From NCBI GenBank assembly GCA_900088475.1, contig FLMG01001529.1, forward strand, positions 1-40,541: 40,541 nt of DNA. Reading direction: 5' to 3'. This document shows positions 36,811-40,541 of the stretch, one piece after another. How positions within the stretch are numbered: the first letter of the stretch is position 1; each line of letters starts with the position of its first letter. Origin of the DNA: Hyphochytrium catenoides. Taxonomy: Eukaryota > Protista > Hyphochytriomycota. Under the pieces are notes generated by a model that saw only the letters and a list, made by a program, of their open reading frames with translations, did not search any database and was not told where the DNA came from. Made by a program: the position numbers and the translations under genes.

Positions 36811-39155
36811 GCGGGCAAATCAGAAACTAAAGCCTTTACTCAGCTCTAGCGCTGGCTGCGGACTAACACCACTGCAGACCCTCCTGGTCTCGATTATGAA
36901 ATAACACTCTAATTCGCCTACTAGATGAATCTCGTCTGCCTTTATCAGCGAAATTGAAAATACTGAAAAGTTAGTACATTTCTACGGCATTTCCGTGAGC
37001 GGGGCTCTACTGGTGGTCCATCGACCTTTTCTCTGATTTCAATTGCGAGGCAGCAGCTTTGGAACGGAAATCCGATGATACCCAGGTCGAGTTTCTAATA
37101 GCTCCGCTTTATTTCTCCCTAAATACTCTACTGTAAGTGGCGCCAAAGCTTTCTTGGCAGCCTCGAAAGGTTGTACTTGTAACGGACAGAGGCTCAGAAC
37201 TTTCCTATGACACTTCGTAGGAAGTAGTGCTGTACCCATTCAGAATACCTGTCAACCTAATCTTGATCAAGCTACGTTATTCTAAATACATCTGGTATGT
37301 AGAAAACAACTGCACGAGGACTGATACATTTTTCATGTCATTGCGTTTCTTGATGGAGTCTGATCTTCTTCTTAGCGTGCAAGCTTGCTGTTGTTTAACC
37401 GCAGACTCCACTAGGGAGCCGCAATAGCATAAGCTCTGGCAGGAGTACAGCTCGGTAAATCATCTGTAGCAAGCCACGATGGATAAGCTTGTGCAACCGC
37501 AGAGCTATTCAAAGAGTCATAGAGGCTCGCCAGCGGAACTCTCGTCAGCGATGAGGTGGGTGCTGTTCACCAACTAGAAACCCGAACTGGCAAGATGATT
37601 TGTCTCACTTATGTGTCATACGGGCAGTCTGGAGCAAACGGTGCTTGAGACAAATTGGAGATCGATACAAAATGAAGTCAAGAAGGTAAAGGTCTTGCCA
37701 AGCTGCTTTGCTTGACATATTACCTCACAAGCACTGCGCTGTGTAGATTGAAACCCAGCGAGCTTTCATAAAGAGAGAAAGACAAAACCTATACTTGAGA
37801 AAGGCACTTCTGGATTCAGATAGAGCTCGGATGCGAGCCACGAGACAAAAAGGGTGGTTGCATCCGCAGGTACTCGAAGCTCAGAAGGCGAGAAGGATAA
37901 TTCTGGAGGTTGGAGGAAAGGTATATCCTATTCGCGACCGTCACTCTTCTACTAATTATCTTAACAGAACTTAACAGGCTTTTGAGATGACAGCCAGGAT
38001 TGCCTGTCGAGATTCCCGGTCCCTGCTTGCAGCTCTAGCCCGAGATGACTCTCCACTGGATCCTGGATCAGGTCGCCTAGTAGTAGATCGGGACTGGTAA
38101 GCTGTCACAGCATGAGGTTTTGAGGTTGTAAGCTGTCAACGAACTTCATACTGCTTCCAGGTGGCTATTTAGACATATACTCAACTTTCTACGAGATGGG
38201 CAGCTTCCTCAAGATAATGGTGTGCTCAGACAGCTGTGAGTTGATTGTTGTCCCGCTTGACCGACCATACTTTTGACCTTCTGAGTTCTCCAGATATAAG
38301 GAGAGTGATTTCTGGAGATTAGATTCGTTGAAAAGTGCCATCGAGAAAAGGTAAGCTAGATGTTTCTATGCTGAAGACTAGAGCTAGGTCCTAAAAGCTT
38401 ATGAAGGAAACTCAAGCTGTACTCATCCATTCATCCACCACTCCAAGCATGGCCCGAGGAGAGTATCAGTAATAAGAGCAGGGGCATGGAGTCCACCCAG
38501 TCAGCAACAAGGGTTAGTCACTTTAGTCCAGGCCTTTTCTCTGATAAGCTGAACGTGCAAAGCTCGAAGGCTAACCCGCAGGAGCAAGAATGGTACGTTT
38601 ATTGGAACTAGATGGGTAGCAACTAACTGTTGCTAAAATTACTTGGTTCGTAGGTGGGTAAGCCCACCGGACTGGTGGGGTTCTAGAGAACCTAAAGTGG
38701 AGCAGGTAGAGTGGATAATGACCTTTAATCCCTACTTATACGTTCGATTTGACTTAGGCCTTGCGTCACTTCTGTATGTAGAAGCCATCCCAGAAGAAAG
38801 ACAAGGAAGATTGGTGGACGGGAAGTACTTACAAAGGAAAGAAGTACGATCTGAAAGAGGACAAACAGGCCGCAGAGTGGGTGGCTTCTACTTGGGGAAG
38901 CGAACAAAGAGCCGCTGCTTGTCGTCATCACCATTGATGTATGATAGTTTATGGACCTCCCTCACGCAAAAAGACTCATATAGACTCATTGCCTCGCAAG
39001 CAGGCGCCATCGGCTCACTATGTATACTGTTAACGTTCAATTACCTACATTTCTTTGACTCTTGGGGAGTGCATGGGGCAATAGATAAAACCTAATCAGT
39101 AAGCCATTCAGTGATCTCAATCCTGCCAACCCTAGCTCAGCTACAAACTACAGCT

Positions 39156-40541
39156 CTACACTTCCTTGGACCCCTTGGAAGAGACACTAACTACAGATTT
39201 ACTCTTAATGGTCCCTTCGTCATCAACACTAGCTTTCCTTGTTCCGGGGTCCTTGCTGACTGGTCTAATGAGACCGCCGGAGACGTGATCCTCGCTACTT
39301 CCATCGTCATACTCTATGTCATAAGTCCCATCCATTCGACATTTTGTGATTTTGCCAGCAACATACGCACTCCGTCCTTTGTATCGGGCTTCCACCTTTT
39401 GGCCCATAGCGAACTCTATAGTGTCGGACGTTTGTCGTCCACTACTTTTGGTAGACTCTTCCGCTTCCCGAACACTGTTCGCTGGGACTTGGCTCTCCCG
39501 CATGCCGTCGTCGAACTCCAGGTCGTAGGTACCATTTAACCTGACACGGACCACTTTGGCTGATTCCCAGGACCGATTTCCATCCCTCCGAGCCTCTACA
39601 GCCGCACCCTCCTTGAAAGTCTTTTGCCCCGAACCACCAGAACTTTCCTTCTCGTCTACCACCTTCTTCTTAGGGCTACCTGCCTTGATAGGCTGGATCA
39701 AGTCTCTAGTCACATTTTGCTCTTTCTCTCCGTCATCATAGTCAATGTCATAAGTGCCATCCCTTCGAGCCCTCTTTATTCTTCCGGGATAGTACTTCGA
39801 CCGACCTTTGAAGCGCGCCTCAACTTTCTGTCCCTCTTCCAGCTTGGAGTCATCATCCTTGTCTTTGTTACTTTTCTTCTCAGAATCCAACACACGGATG
39901 AGGTCTCTTGCCACGCTTTCTTCTTTCTCTCCATCATCATAGTCGATGTCATAGGTGCCATCCTTTCGAATCCGAGAGATCTTTCCGGGATAGTACTTGG
40001 ATCGACCCTTGAAGCGTGCCTCGACCTTCTGTCCTTCTTCCAGCTTGGAGTCATCGTCCTTATCCTTATTGCCTTTCTTCTCAGACTCCAACACACGGAT
40101 GAGGTCTCTTGCCACGCTTTCTTCTTTCTCTCCATCATCATAGTCAATGTCATAGGTACCATCCCTTCGGACGCGAGAGATCTTTCCGGGATAGTACTTG
40201 GATCGACCCTTGAAGCGTGCCTCTACTCTCTGTCCTTCTTCCAGCTTGGAGTCATCATCCTTGTCTTTGTTACCTTTCTTCTCAGACTCCATCACGCGGA
40301 TGAGGTCCCGTGTGACGTGATCCTCTTTCTCTCCATCATCATAGCTGATGTCGTAGGTTCCGTCACTTCGGACGCGAGAGACTTTTCCGGGATAGTACTT
40401 GGATCGACCCTTGAAGCGTGCCTCGACCTTCTGTCCTTCTTCTAGCTTGGAGTCATCATCCTTGTCTTTGTTACCTTTCTTCTCAGACTCCAACATACGG
40501 ATGAGGTCTCTTGTCACGCTTTCTTCTTTCTCTCCATCATC
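39156..40541 (-). CDS. Tandem Tudor/Agenet-like repeat protein (5'-partial; probably continues by splicing below 39156)
   Basis: Six domains of the form G.KVEARFKGRSKYYPGKISRVR.DGTYDIDYDDGEKE..V.RDLIR, plus the tail of a seventh at the window edge. Confidence 0.88.
   Translation of the reverse strand, partial: DDGEKEESVTRDLIRMLESEKKGNKDKDDDSKLEEGQKVEARFKGRSKYYPGKVSRVRSDGTYDISYDDGEKEDHVTRDLIRVMESEKKGNKDKDDDSKLEEGQRVEARFKGRSKYYPGKISRVRRDGTYDIDYDDGEKEESVARDLIRVLESEKKGNKDKDDDSKLEEGQKVEARFKGRSKYYPGKISRIRKDGTYDIDYDDGEKEESVARDLIRVLDSEKKSNKDKDDDSKLEEGQKVEARFKGRSKYYPGRIKRARRDGTYDIDYDDGEKEQNVTRDLIQPIKAGSPKKKVVDEKESSGGSGQKTFKEGAAVEARRDGNRSWESAKVVRVRLNGTYDLEFDDGMRESQVPANSVREAEESTKSSGRQTSDTIEFAMGQKVEARYKGRSAYVAGKITKCRMDGTYDIEYDDGSSEDHVSGGLIRPVSKDPGTRKASVDDEGTIKSKSVVSVSSKGSKEV
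39690..40541. repeat. Coding tandem repeat, 201-bp unit (67 aa), 4+ copies
   Basis: cttggagtcatc recurs at about 39844, 40045, 40246 and 40447 (spacing 201) with high nucleotide identity. Confidence 0.95.

Noticed and set aside
39624-40445. 273-aa plus-strand hydrophobic repetitive ORF, and the 128-aa alternative-frame ORF at 39776-40162
   Set aside because: These are antisense and frame shadows of the 201-bp coding repeat.
39690-40541. Regularly spaced repeats resembling a CRISPR array
   Set aside because: The whole unit repeats with no unique spacers, it is protein-coding, and the context is eukaryotic.

Overview
This is eukaryotic nuclear DNA, gene-dense and intron-rich. Most introns are GT-AG and about 50-120 nt long, with CTAAC/CTGAC/TTGAC branch points close to CAG, TAG or AAG acceptors. 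The gene content and style fit a flagellated protist, probably a stramenopile (inference). Four genes are clearly recognisable: phenylalanyl-tRNA synthetase beta (2820-5496 +), ribosomal protein eL37 (18298-18878 +), VPS15/PIK3R4 (20315-28352 +) and a PP1-type phosphatase (33468-34695 -). Less characterised genes are: a ~900-aa protein with a long stalk helix and two C-terminal TM helices (14250-17128 +); an ankyrin/coiled-coil protein (28511-30967 -); a cNMP-binding domain fused to a divergent mitochondrial-carrier-like domain (31596-33234 +); a GNW-motif ciliary microtubule-inner-protein-like gene (35314-35915 +); and a tandem Tudor/Agenet-like repeat protein running off the right end (-). 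About 6.6-14.2 kb has no convincing intact gene. There is a 29-N assembly gap at 1654-1682 and a perfect 20-bp hairpin at 1085-1149. I saw no rRNA, tRNA, CRISPR array or intact mobile element. The best candidates for undescribed biology are the cNMP-carrier fusion and the CorA-topology-like membrane protein. All gene models were spliced by eye and no database searches were run.
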